Shown here piece after piece: positions 9,828-19,448 of a stretch of DNA of 64,000 nt. Positions within the stretch are counted from its first letter, which is position 1. Each line of letters starts with the position of its first letter. The translations under genes were made by a program, and so were the position numbers. The stretch is from an uncultured Methanosarcinales archaeon (GTDB lineage Archaea; Halobacteriota; Methanosarcinia; Methanotrichales; Methanotrichaceae): NCBI GenBank assembly GCA_963843555.1, contig CAWJKV010000005.1, positions 256,001 to 320,000 of the forward strand, in the 5' to 3' direction. Below the pieces are notes generated by a model. The model was not told where the DNA came from. It saw only the letters and a list, made by a program, of their open reading frames with translations, and did no database searches.

Positions 9828-10447
9828 GACGATATAAGATGCTCAAAGCCAATCTCAGATCAGAGAAAACGGACCGTCTGGCGGGTGGGCTGGCGGCTCT
9901 GGGCCTCTCGCCCAACACCTGGACACTTCTCTCGCTGGTGCCGGCGCTGTTTGGTCTGGCGGCATTGGTTATGCACCAACTCGCCTACGGCCTGGTGCTC
10001 TTTGCCCTTTCCGCTTTTATCGATCTCGTGGACGGGACGGTAGCCCGCGTGACAAATCAGGCCACGAATAAAGGAGCCTTCATCGACGGGGTTGTGGACA
10101 GGTATGTCGAGATGATGCTGTATCTCGGGCTTTTGCTATATCTTGGCAGAGGAGAATTTCTGAGTATTCCCAATGAGGCCTGGTTTATGGTGCTCATATT
10201 CGGGGCAATGATGACCAGTTTTGTGAGGGCCTATGCCGATCACCGCGGCATTGTAAAGGACCCCGCGGAGCTGAAGAGGATGGGCGGACTCCTGGAGCGG
10301 ATGGAGCGGCTGATGCTTCTTTATGCTGGGATGTTTCTCGGGCTCTTCAATATAGAGTGGATGATGGCGGTGATAGCCATAACCGCGGTTCTGGCGAATG
10401 CGACGGCTCTGCAGAGGATAGCATTCGCAATGAGAAAAGGAAAATGA
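9824..10447 (+). CDS. CDP-alcohol phosphatidyltransferase (archaetidylinositol-phosphate synthase-like)
   Basis: DLVDGTVAR...GAFIDGVVDR signature, SPNTWT, GLLERMER. Confidence 0.9.
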   Translation: MRRYKMLKANLRSEKTDRLAGGLAALGLSPNTWTLLSLVPALFGLAALVMHQLAYGLVLFALSAFIDLVDGTVARVTNQATNKGAFIDGVVDRYVEMMLYLGLLLYLGRGEFLSIPNEAWFMVLIFGAMMTSFVRAYADHRGIVKDPAELKRMGGLLERMERLMLLYAGMFLGLFNIEWMMAVIAITAVLANATALQRIAFAMRKGK

Positions 10448-10490
10448 TGCTAAATGATGCTGGGCATTAATTCTTGAAGCGATAGCGCCG

Positions 10491-10903
10491 TTAAAGAAGC
10501 TTCTTGATGGCATCGGTGATGGACAAACCTCAATGATGTCAACTTCTTTTATGCCATCAAAATGGGCATCATTGGATATCAAGACCGCTCCAGTATGCAA
10601 ACAGGTTGCTGCATGGACTACGTCCGCTTCAGATCCTGGAGGGAAGTATGGTTTGCACTTGAGAATATCCTCTTCCGATTGCTCAATGACAATGACCCTT
10701 CTTCGAATGAGTTCAAAAAAGCCATGCGCTTCAAACTTAAGGGCGTATCTTTCATATTCTGAGATAAGGATGTCATCGGCGACCAATTCCCAGGTCCCTT
10801 CAATTAGGTTTACAAGGAGTTCGGTGCTTTTCGTTTTCCCGCTCTTGACTGCTGCTACGAAAAGATTGGTATCAATCAAGAACTTGGTATTTCTTTCGGG
10901 CAA
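10491..10903 (-). CDS. PIN-domain toxin (VapC-like); frameshift near 3' end
   Basis: FLIDTNLFVAA, ADVVHAATCL, LISNDAHF; ITDAIKKLL* ends at 10491 in another frame. Confidence 0.85.
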
Positions 10904-11153
10904 GCCTGTTTGCCTCTTCCTCGATCTCTTCTTCCAGCCGGTCCAAGTCTGCGTTTTTGGCCTTCTCTATGATATCCTCAATCATGGCGCGTAGATCGAC
11001 TCTTTTCAGAACGAGGGCATCAGGGCCAAGCTCATCCACGATAAATTCGTCACCAGGGCAAATGTCCAACTTCGTGCGAAGCTCACTGGGAAGAACCACC
11101 CTGCCTTTTTCATCTACTTTTGTAAAGGGCATGAACTCACTCTTGCATCCCAT
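10872..11153 (-). CDS. AbrB/MazE/SpoVT family antitoxin
   Basis: KVDEKGRVVLPSELRTKLDICPGDEF; overlaps PIN gene start. Confidence 0.88.
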   Translation of the reverse strand: MGCKSEFMPFTKVDEKGRVVLPSELRTKLDICPGDEFIVDELGPDALVLKRVDLRAMIEDIIEKAKNADLDRLEEEIEEEANRLARKKYQVLD

Positions 11154-11294
11154 ATGTGGGATATGATCTTATTAAGACTTTTGCATTTCCACCCTCAATG
11201 TTTAAAATAACATACGTCAATAAAAATATCAAGATAGCTTCTCCAAATTTCAGCTCGATACTTTTATCATTTCTGCCGTCAGGCCTAGGGGAGA

Positions 11295-11525
11295 ATGTCC
11301 CCGGATTCGCGCCCCTTCAAGAACAGCAATCTGTTCTCCAATCACTACCTTGAGAAGCTGGTCAAAGACAGCCCGGAGTGGCAAGACGAGGCGGGCCTGG
11401 CGGAGGCTTTCGCCAGGATCAAAGAGCTCTATCTACGCAAGGCGCGCGTCCTGGAGAACTACAACGAGTCCCAGCTGGAGGAGAATTTTATCCGCCCGGT
11501 GCTGCGGCTGCTGGGCACTGGATTA
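11295..11525 (+). pseudogene. N-terminal fragment of a probable type IIG/Eco57I-like restriction-modification enzyme
   Basis: NLFSNHYLE...PEW...NESQLEENFIRPVLRLLG resembles the N-terminal nuclease region of such enzymes; abrupt switch to AT-rich sequence at ~11520. Confidence 0.55.
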
Positions 11526-11642
11526 AATTTAGTGTCTTCCTTAGAAATGTTACTGATCAGAGCATATTATTTATCTTCAGGACAGACAGAATTCATTCTG
11601 CATTCGGTGATTGCCCACGAAGAGGTCCTTGGAGTGCATCTC

Positions 11643-12053
11643 CTAGATTAGCTGCACATTCCTGGTCGATTTGGCCTTCTCATACAGCTTTCTGTCCAGC
11701 GTCAAGAGTGGCACTTGCCTTCTCTCAGCCGCGGCCAGAAAGAGTGAGTCGTAGAAATCGGTCCTGGTCTCAACAGAGACGCTGTATGCCTCTATGGTCA
11801 GATCCTCTGCCCGGACGAGCTCACACGCCTCAGTGATAAAACTCTGGCACTTCCGAAAGGCCGCCAAGGTCAGGTCTTTATCTTCTCCGCAGAGGACGAC
11901 CAGTTTCCAGGCCACATTCCCAACTTCAGCGATTGCAAGGTCCAGGGTGATCAGGTCGGATTTTGCGGCTGCATCCAACGCCCTCATGGAGGCATCTTCT
12001 TTGAAGAACATGGCTGCGATCACACTTGAATCAAGGACTACTTCATATGGCAT
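11643..12053 (-). CDS. vapC: VapC PIN-domain toxin
   Basis: VVLDSSVIAA, AEVGNVAWK, FYDSLFLAAA, LLTLDRKL. Confidence 0.92.
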   Translation of the reverse strand: MPYEVVLDSSVIAAMFFKEDASMRALDAAAKSDLITLDLAIAEVGNVAWKLVVLCGEDKDLTLAAFRKCQSFITEACELVRAEDLTIEAYSVSVETRTDFYDSLFLAAAERRQVPLLTLDRKLYEKAKSTRNVQLI

Positions 12054-12270
12054 CCCGATCCTCCCTGACCATCTCCGCTGCCCCGATTTTATTGGGGCTT
12101 TGGTTCGTCCACAGCTCTTTTGCCTCCGTCAGGAGCCTCTGCTTTTTCTTCTCCCGGACTATCCTCTCCACCGACTGCCTGATCTCAACCTGCCAGTTGA
12201 CGTCACTCATTTCATCCATCATCCGGCGAATACGACCGTCTATACGAATGCTGTAAACATTGGTGGACAT
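12043..12270 (-). CDS. vapB: VapB-type antitoxin (RHH-like)
   Basis: VYSIRID, VNWQVEIRQ, C-terminal AAEMVREDRD; overlaps vapC. Confidence 0.88.
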   Translation of the reverse strand: MSTNVYSIRIDGRIRRMMDEMSDVNWQVEIRQSVERIVREKKKQRLLTEAKELWTNQSPNKIGAAEMVREDRDAI

Positions 12271-12438
12271 AATGATACATGTTTACGATCTAAGTATATG
12301 GACTTAGCGGCAGAGCCTGCAAATCAATTGCAGCTCTTCCGGTGTTTTTGCTTTATTGTTTTGGCAGGGCAGCTGCTTAATGAGTTTCTGGGGATAGGCA
12401 TATCTATTCTGAAGTAAATAAAAGCATGAGTTGATCTT

Positions 12439-12768
12439 ATGGATGAAGTAGATCAAATGAGAGTAAATCAAGCAAGCGCATCAATGGATTCAGGACAAAA
12501 AGCGTTGCTCTACGAGGTGATGAAGAAGAATGTTGGTTTGATTACGCTTATCAGCATTTTCATTCCCGGTGGAGGTCAGATATATTTAAGCCAATATCTA
12601 AAGGGCATATTGATCTTGCTCCTCTCCTGGCTAATTATACCTTGGCTATATGGCATATATGATGCACATACGACTGCAAACAGATTCAACCTCGAGCTGT
12701 ATGGGTTGATCTACCCAGAGTCGTCAGCTCTCGCATTGAATTCTGTGAAAATTCAGGTGCAGGAGTAG
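12439..12768 (+). CDS. Small TM2-like membrane protein
   Basis: LISIFIPGGGQIYL...KGILIL...WLYGIYDA. Confidence 0.7.
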   Translation: MDEVDQMRVNQASASMDSGQKALLYEVMKKNVGLITLISIFIPGGGQIYLSQYLKGILILLLSWLIIPWLYGIYDAHTTANRFNLELYGLIYPESSALALNSVKIQVQE

Positions 12769-12886
12769 GTTTACAGCCAAGGAACGCCAAAACAGTTCCT
12801 TGAAAGGGGGATATGACATCAATTGAATCAGGTGCGTATCTGGTAGGATCGTTGGCCTATCTCCTTGTGGATTGGGATATAAAGAT

Positions 12887-13699
12887 CTATTCTGCCGAAA
12901 CGATTTCCAGATCCTCCCTGGCATGGAGACCCTTATGCACTACCCCGCAGATGCGGCGTACGATGAGCTCGGGGCTTTCATGCTGGAAGACATTCCTGCC
13001 GATGGCCACCCCCCGCGCTCCCGCTGATATGGCTCCTTCCAACATGCAGAGCAGGTCCAGCTCTGACTCCACTCTCGGCCCTCCTGCAATGACCACTGGA
13101 ACGGGGCAGCTCTCCACCACCCGGGCAAAGCTGTCCGGGTCGCCTGTGTAGTTGGTCTTTACAATATCAGCTCCAAGCTCTGCTCCAACTCGAGCCGCGT
13201 GGGCGATGTACTCAGCACTATATTCGTCTTTGATCTTCTTTCCCCGGGGATACATCATAGCCAGCAGCGGCATACCCCACTCCTGGCAGTCGCGAGAGAT
13301 CTCACCCAGAGTTGAGAGCATGCGACTTTCATCCTCTGCACCCACATTGACGTGAATGCTCACGCCATCCGCTCCGATCTTCAGAGCCTCTTCCACAGTG
13401 GCCACCAGGACTTTATTGTTGGGGTCCGGGCCTAGATTAGTGGAGGCGGAGAGATGAATGATCAGTCCCAGGTCTCGGCCGTAGCCGCGATTGCCGAATA
13501 TGGCCGCCCCCTTGTGCACCACGGCGGCATCCGCCCCTCCTCGGGCTACAGCATCAGCGATAGTCTTGACGCACTTGATGCCTTTTATGGGGCCGGCAGT
13601 GACCCCGTGGTCCATGGGAATTATGACTGCTCTTCCTGTACTGCGGTTGAATATTCTCTCCAGGCGAATCGATGTTCCTCTCAATTTTGGCACCCCCAC
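12887..13699 (-). CDS. aroA': 2-amino-3,7-dideoxy-D-threo-hept-6-ulosonate synthase (class I aldolase, DhnA family)
   Basis: [33 protein letters not shown] (Schiff-base Lys), GRNVFQ. Confidence 0.85.
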   Translation of the reverse strand: MGVPKLRGTSIRLERIFNRSTGRAVIIPMDHGVTAGPIKGIKCVKTIADAVARGGADAAVVHKGAAIFGNRGYGRDLGLIIHLSASTNLGPDPNNKVLVATVEEALKIGADGVSIHVNVGAEDESRMLSTLGEISRDCQEWGMPLLAMMYPRGKKIKDEYSAEYIAHAARVGAELGADIVKTNYTGDPDSFARVVESCPVPVVIAGGPRVESELDLLCMLEGAISAGARGVAIGRNVFQHESPELIVRRICGVVHKGLHAREDLEIVSAE

Positions 13700-13853
13700 A
13701 GAGTATGTTTTTAATGTACATATTAGTACAACATAGTCTATCTTATTACTACAATGAGCATCAATGTGTATTTATAGTTTGCCGTTCTATCGGGCCTGAA
13801 ATGGTCCTGGAATCAGTAAGCCTGAAATAGTGGCATGACGCCGTATCCTCGGA

Positions 13854-14885
13854 GTGATTCCGATGGGTGGCGGTGTGTCTTATATTAAGAGGCTGCAAAA
13901 ACTGGCAGGAATGACGTTGATTGCGTCCCTGCTGGCAGCTCTCTATCTCAACCTGGTTTTAGGCATAGCACTGGCGGGCACAGAGACCGGCGAATTCTGT
14001 CCCACCTGCCCGGACTGGACCAACCTGGAAGGCTGGCTGGCCCAGAAGGAGGCCTATGAGAGAGCCCAGGGAGCAGGCCAGCCAAATGGACAGTCAAACG
14101 TACAGGCAACCGGCAATTCTGCAGCCGCAGCGCGGGCCGATCCGCCGAAAAAGGGCTATGCACTGCCCGAGCTCATCACCAGCCCTGCATCAATAAAGAG
14201 CGATCAGGTTATTCTGGACGTGAGGTCCAAACCGGACTACCTTTCCGGACATATCCCCGGCGCTAGAAGCCTGTACTGGAAAGATCTGCAAACAGATGGC
14301 GTTTTGGATCCATCCCGGGCCAAAGAGGCGCTGGGACGAGCCGGGGTGAACGAGAGCGACAGGCTCCTCGTCTACGGCGATTCCGGTGAGGGGGCAGCTT
14401 TCGTCTTCTGGGCGTTGAGCTATCTCGGGCATAAGGATGTTAGCCTGATTGACGGCGGCGCTGATGCGGCCCGGGATGCAGGAGTTGCTTTAACAACAAA
14501 TGCACCGTCTCTTGCGCCTACCAACTACTCCATCCATATCGTGCCATGGCTCCTGGCGACTTCCGAGGATCTGGAGAGCATGCTTGCAGAGGCTGATATT
14601 GGGATTGTGGATGCGCGTGACTTTTCTGAATACGGCAGGAATAGAATTAATAGATCTCTCAGTCTCTCTCTCGATAAAATCTATGAAGACTCCATGATCA
14701 AAGATGCCGCCACGCTGGAAGATCTGTTCGGGCGCCGCCTGGATGAATCAGGAACTGCCATCGTCTACGGCACACCGCAGGCTTACTCGCTCTTCTACAG
14801 CCTCAGGCTCATGGGCTATAATGCAACCCTGCTGGAAGGCGACTGGTGGAAAGAGACGAAATGGGCTGTGAGCAATGTAAGATAA
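13854..14885 (+). CDS. Exported tandem rhodanese-like protein
   Basis: Hydrophobic N-terminus, ILDVRSKPDYLSGHIPGA, second domain IVDARDFSEY. Confidence 0.8.
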   Translation: MIPMGGGVSYIKRLQKLAGMTLIASLLAALYLNLVLGIALAGTETGEFCPTCPDWTNLEGWLAQKEAYERAQGAGQPNGQSNVQATGNSAAAARADPPKKGYALPELITSPASIKSDQVILDVRSKPDYLSGHIPGARSLYWKDLQTDGVLDPSRAKEALGRAGVNESDRLLVYGDSGEGAAFVFWALSYLGHKDVSLIDGGADAARDAGVALTTNAPSLAPTNYSIHIVPWLLATSEDLESMLAEADIGIVDARDFSEYGRNRINRSLSLSLDKIYEDSMIKDAATLEDLFGRRLDESGTAIVYGTPQAYSLFYSLRLMGYNATLLEGDWWKETKWAVSNVR

Positions 14886-14947
14886 GCCCCATTCCACATT
14901 TTTTTATTTTGTACGTAGGGCGTTTGAACTTGTGAGCCAAGTGCTCC

Positions 14948-15908
14948 TCAAATATCCCTGAGGAGCGCCTTCACTGCCATTTCGATGGCCTCTGCCGATC
15001 CCAGCCGGGGCGTCCAGCCAAGCCTTTTGATCTTCTCTATGGAGAGCAGCATGACTTTCACGTCTCCCTTCCAGCCCCGGCCATCGACGCCGCCCGTATA
15101 ATCGTACTCGACATCCGTTGAGGCCCATCTGCTCCACAACTATGTCAGCGATCTCTGTCACATCCACGGAGTCGGTTGAACCTATGTTGAAGACATTGGT
15201 CTCGTCACCGGAGCCTTCCACAGTGTCTACCATGGCTTGAACACAATCCTTCACTTCCAGGTAGGACTTGCGCTGCTTGCCTGATCCCAGTATCTCCAGT
15301 CGCTCGGGATTTTCCCGCAATTTTCGGATGAAGTCCACCAGGACTCCGTGAGTGCCCCGCTCACCCACGATGTTGGCAAATCGATAGACCCAGGATTGCA
15401 TCTCGAAGGTGTGGCAATAGGAAGAGATCAGCGCCTCGCAGGAGAGCTTCGATGCGCCGTAAAGGGAGATGGGCAGCAGAGGGCCATAGTCCTCAGGTGT
15501 GGGCACCGTTGCCGCCTCGCCGTAAACTGTGGACGTAGAGGTGAATGCGATGCGTCGGACCCCATTCTTCCGCATGGCCTCCAGAAGATTATATGTGGCC
15601 TGCACATTTTGCTCCAGATGTACACTGGTGTTTTCTGCGCCCAGTTTCACATCGGGATTGGCGGCCAGATGAAAGACCAGATCCTTTCCTTCAATAGCTT
15701 TTTCCAGTATGCCGGCATCCTTCAGATCTCCTTCCAGCAGATGGAAATCCGGGTTGTCCTGGTGAGGGACCAGGAACTCTCTTTTTCCCGAGCTGAAGTT
15801 GTCCAGGACGGTTACTTCATTCTGCAAAAGCAACCTTTCCACGAGGTGGCTGCCTATGAAGCCTGCGCCACCTGTGACGAGGATGGATTGACCCTTGAGC
15901 ATCATCAT
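14948..15908 (-). CDS. NAD-dependent epimerase/dehydratase (UDP-glucose 4-epimerase-like); frameshift ~15120
   Basis: VTGGAGFIGSH, STSTVYG, YGASK, GRGWKGDV in second frame. Confidence 0.92.
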
Positions 15909-16234
15909 AAGTAAATTCTCTTCAGGGTAATCAAGGTTGTGGACTGGCGTGGAGCAGTTCCCACCACATATGACCATATATGCACACTGTCTATAGATTG
16001 GGTTTTGACCATTTCTGGGGAGAAGCCACTTTTGGGCAAATCGATTTTTTTCTCATAATAAAATATTTTTAAAAAGAAATGCAATTAGTAAGAGAGATAC
16101 TGACGATCTGGTATTTGAATATAATTATAATTATTGTCTTTGGATGTCATAATACTTAAATAGAATCCCACCTGCTATACTAAGGCTAGAGATTTAGAGC
16201 TTAAGGTTCAAAGGATTAATGGTGAGGTTGACTT

Positions 16235-17977
16235 ATGAAAGTTGCAATAGTAGGAGCAGAACTGGAAGAAAACCTGGGAATGCGCTACATGGCCTCTTCT
16301 CTGGAAAGCAAAGGGCACGTGGTAGAGATCGTTCCCTTCAACACGGAATGTGATATTCAAAATGTCGTGCAAAAGGTGAACTCGCTCTCTCCCCAGATTG
16401 TAGGTCTCTCCATGGTCTTCACGGGCAGGGGCAGAGAGTTCTGCAATCTGGCCGGGGCTTTGCGGGACGGAGGCTTCCGGGGTCACCTTACTGCGGGTGG
16501 GCCTTTCGCCTCTTTCAACTGTGAGGCTCTGTTGCGCGATTTTCCTGCCTTCGATTCCATCGCCCTTGGCGAAGGCGAGACGCTCTTCTGTACCCTGGCT
16601 GAGCATCTGGATGATCTCTCTCTGGTTCCCGGCCTATGCTACAGAAAATCGGATGGATCTGTGGTCACAAACCCGACCATTAGCGAACAGGACGATCTGG
16701 ATTCGCTGCCTTTTCCCAAGCGCACCACCTTCCACTCTTACTTTGGCAAACCCATCGCCAGCATTCTCACCAGCCGGGGCTGCTGGAGAAACTGCGCCTT
16801 TTGCAGCATCAATGCCTGGTATGACCGCGTGGGTGGAATGAAGTTCAGAGTAAGAAGCGTCGACAATATAGTGGCGGAGATGAAGGAGCTCTACGACAGA
16901 TACAATGTGCGCATATTCAACTTCCAGGATGATAACTTCTTCTTGCCCGAAAAGACGAAGGCCCTGCATAGATTCGAGGCCCTGCGGGACAGGCTCAAAC
17001 AGGAGGGCGTGGAGGATATCGCCATCGCCATCAAGGCCCGCCCGGACAGCATCACCCGTGAGTCTATAAGCGTGCTCGACGAACTGGGCCTCTTCCGGGT
17101 TTTCCTGGGAGTGGAGAATGCTTCCGAGAACGGTCTACGTAACCTCAACCGCAAGCAAACCGTTGATCAATCCCTGAATGCTCTGCAGATCTTGAACGAC
17201 TTCGATGTGCACCTGGCCTTCAATCTGCTCATGTTCGAGCCGGATACGGTCATGGACGACCTGCTGGTCAATCTGAGGTTCATGGAGCGGCATCTGGATA
17301 ATCCCTTCAACTTCTGCCGGGCCGAGGCCCATGCAGGCACCGGCCTGGAAGCAAAGCTGAACGCGGAGGGGCGGCTCCTGGGCGACTACTTCGGGCTGGA
17401 TTACCGGCTCAAAGACCCGCAGTGCGAGGCGTTTCACCAGGTCGTCAACTACGCCTTCTTTGACCGCAACTTCAGCGACTACGGCCTGCACTACTTCAAT
17501 ATGCAGGTGGACTTCACCTACCAGCTTCTGCGGCGATTCTATCCCGAGGTGCTGACCGAGTCCCTGAGGGGTGCCGTGAAGAGCTTCATCAAAGAGACAA
17601 ATCTGGACACCTACAAGTGCCTCTGCCAGACCTACGACTTTATCGAATCGACGGACCCCGGCAACCGTCTGGCGCTGCAGGGCTTTGCCGGTGAGATGAG
17701 GATGATTGTAGACGAGGGAAGCAGGGGTCTCCACACTCAGGGCGAACAAATCCTGGATGCTCTGAACAATGCCTATGACCGCCGTGGATTGGGCGAGTCG
17801 CGGGTTATGTCAGCGCCAATAGCAAGCGTTGTCTCGCCCTACTTCGGCATTGGAGGACCCGAACAAGGTGCCTATTCACCGGGCTCCATGGGCCTTGTCG
17901 ATCTCTTCGGACTGACACCGGTGCCCATACCCTATCAGACATTCAAGTCCCAACTATCCCGGCAAGAGGGAAGGTGA
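16235..17977 (+). CDS. Cobalamin-binding radical SAM protein (class B methyltransferase-like)
   Basis: N-terminal B12 domain (NLGMRYMASSL, IVGLS, AGGPFAS, GEGE), SRGCWRNCAFC (CxxxCxxC), FQDDNF, FLGVENAS; GGTGAGG SD. Confidence 0.93.
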   Translation: MKVAIVGAELEENLGMRYMASSLESKGHVVEIVPFNTECDIQNVVQKVNSLSPQIVGLSMVFTGRGREFCNLAGALRDGGFRGHLTAGGPFASFNCEALLRDFPAFDSIALGEGETLFCTLAEHLDDLSLVPGLCYRKSDGSVVTNPTISEQDDLDSLPFPKRTTFHSYFGKPIASILTSRGCWRNCAFCSINAWYDRVGGMKFRVRSVDNIVAEMKELYDRYNVRIFNFQDDNFFLPEKTKALHRFEALRDRLKQEGVEDIAIAIKARPDSITRESISVLDELGLFRVFLGVENASENGLRNLNRKQTVDQSLNALQILNDFDVHLAFNLLMFEPDTVMDDLLVNLRFMERHLDNPFNFCRAEAHAGTGLEAKLNAEGRLLGDYFGLDYRLKDPQCEAFHQVVNYAFFDRNFSDYGLHYFNMQVDFTYQLLRRFYPEVLTESLRGAVKSFIKETNLDTYKCLCQTYDFIESTDPGNRLALQGFAGEMRMIVDEGSRGLHTQGEQILDALNNAYDRRGLGESRVMSAPIASVVSPYFGIGGPEQGAYSPGSMGLVDLFGLTPVPIPYQTFKSQLSRQEGR

Positions 17978-18044
17978 AACCGGATCTGAGCGCCTGGCTT
18001 ATGGGGAAATCCTTGTTGAAAAAGTATCAAATTTATTTATTAAT

Positions 18045-19436
18045 ATGAGTACGGAGGTTAGTTTAATGGAGAATAAAACGTTAGAGAATATGCGCTATTG
18101 CGTAGAGCCGGTTCACCCTATGGCGGTCAGGCTCTACAGCGATCTGGTGGCGATATACAGGTTCGTCAAAGATACCTACCAGACAGAGATAGATGCCGCC
18201 TTTGATAGGGCATCGCAGCAGATCGGCTTCGTGGTCACCACCACTGTGCCGGTGATGCTGGAAGTGGGAGAAGGCGGGGCCATAAAGAGCCTGAGCATGG
18301 GCTCGGAAAGCCTGAAGAACACACCCTTCGAGAAGGAGATAACTGCCGTTTTTGATGCCAAGAGAAAGGGAGAGAACAAGCTTGGCGTCTCCCCCGGAGT
18401 TTACAATCTGGCCCTATTCTGGTACGACGCAGTTAAGCTCAGGCTGAGGACGGACTGGATGGAGCCCGCCCAGCCGGTTTATCAGTTGCAGTCAGAGCTT
18501 ATGGGAATGAGACGGTCGCCTCAAAGTGCCCAGGCCATGAGCATGGCAATCCAATCCCATCATTGGATGGAGCCGGTCCATCACAGACCCTGGTGCGAAC
18601 CCGTTCATACGCCATGGATGGAACCGGTCCATCATAGACCCTGGTGTGAACCCGTTCATACGCCATGGACAGAGCCAGTCCACCATATGCCCTGGATGGA
18701 ACCTGTGCACCCGCATACGCCCTGGATGGAGCCGGTCCATTATCCAGGCTGCAGGCCGTGGCTGGAGCCAGCACACCCTGTCTTCCAGACGGCAGCAGAT
18801 CTGAAAAAGGCCGGTGAGGCGAAGACGTTTGAGCATACGGAACCTGTTCAGTACTTGAATAGAGTGAATCAGATAATCCTGGAGAGATCGATCCTGGTGT
18901 CGGCCATCGATGAGGTTTATCCGGAGCTGAAGCTGGGCGAGAGACTGAATCAGGCCCAGTATGCCATGTCTCCCACTCTTCCACTGCCACCACCGCGTGC
19001 AGCAGCCTGGCCCGGCGTCCGAGAGCCGGCGCATATGATGGCATATCAGTGGGCCCGTGAGCCCTTGCCTAATCCCTGGAGACAGGCTATGGCCGAGATC
19101 GCTCAGGTGCTGGAAAGATATGGACCTACACCTGAGCCGTGGAAAGGTCAGCTACTGTCTGAGATTGCGAGTGTTCTGGCCAGGTTCAGCTATGCAATGC
19201 TCAACCCCCAGCCGCTACCTCCACGCATGGCGGCCTGGCCTGGCGTCCGAGAGCCGGCGCATATGATGACGCCTTTCCAGTGGGCTAGTGAGCCACAGCC
19301 CAATCCCTGGAGGCAGATGAATTTCCCAGGAGTAAGAGAACCGGCGCATCAGATGGCAGGTATGCAGCCGGAGATGCCTCAGCAGATGCTATCCGAGATG
19401 GCTGCAGTGATGCGCAGATACGGCTTCCAGATTTGA
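18045..19436 (+). CDS. Repeat-rich protein with 14 EP[VA][HQ] motifs; candidate precursor/substrate of the adjacent radical SAM
   Basis: 463-aa ORF 67 nt after rSAM on the same strand; tandem W-x-E-P-V-H repeats with synonymous divergence; start may be Met8 behind GGAGG. Confidence 0.85.
   Translation: MSTEVSLMENKTLENMRYCVEPVHPMAVRLYSDLVAIYRFVKDTYQTEIDAAFDRASQQIGFVVTTTVPVMLEVGEGGAIKSLSMGSESLKNTPFEKEITAVFDAKRKGENKLGVSPGVYNLALFWYDAVKLRLRTDWMEPAQPVYQLQSELMGMRRSPQSAQAMSMAIQSHHWMEPVHHRPWCEPVHTPWMEPVHHRPWCEPVHTPWTEPVHHMPWMEPVHPHTPWMEPVHYPGCRPWLEPAHPVFQTAADLKKAGEAKTFEHTEPVQYLNRVNQIILERSILVSAIDEVYPELKLGERLNQAQYAMSPTLPLPPPRAAAWPGVREPAHMMAYQWAREPLPNPWRQAMAEIAQVLERYGPTPEPWKGQLLSEIASVLARFSYAMLNPQPLPPRMAAWPGVREPAHMMTPFQWASEPQPNPWRQMNFPGVREPAHQMAGMQPEMPQQMLSEMAAVMRRYGFQI
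18564..18776 (+). repeat. Coding tandem array of eight W-x-E-P-[V/A]-H units
   Basis: WMEPVHHRP WCEPVHTP WMEPVHHRP WCEPVHTP WTEPVHHMP WMEPVHPHTP WMEPVHYPGCRP WLEPAH. Confidence 0.95.
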
Positions 19437-19448
19437 AGGATGCCTGCG

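Noticed and set aside
18564..18776. CRISPR array or DNA-level VNTR
   Set aside because: Units are 24-36 nt, in frame, vary at synonymous positions and have no unique spacers; no cas genes in the window.
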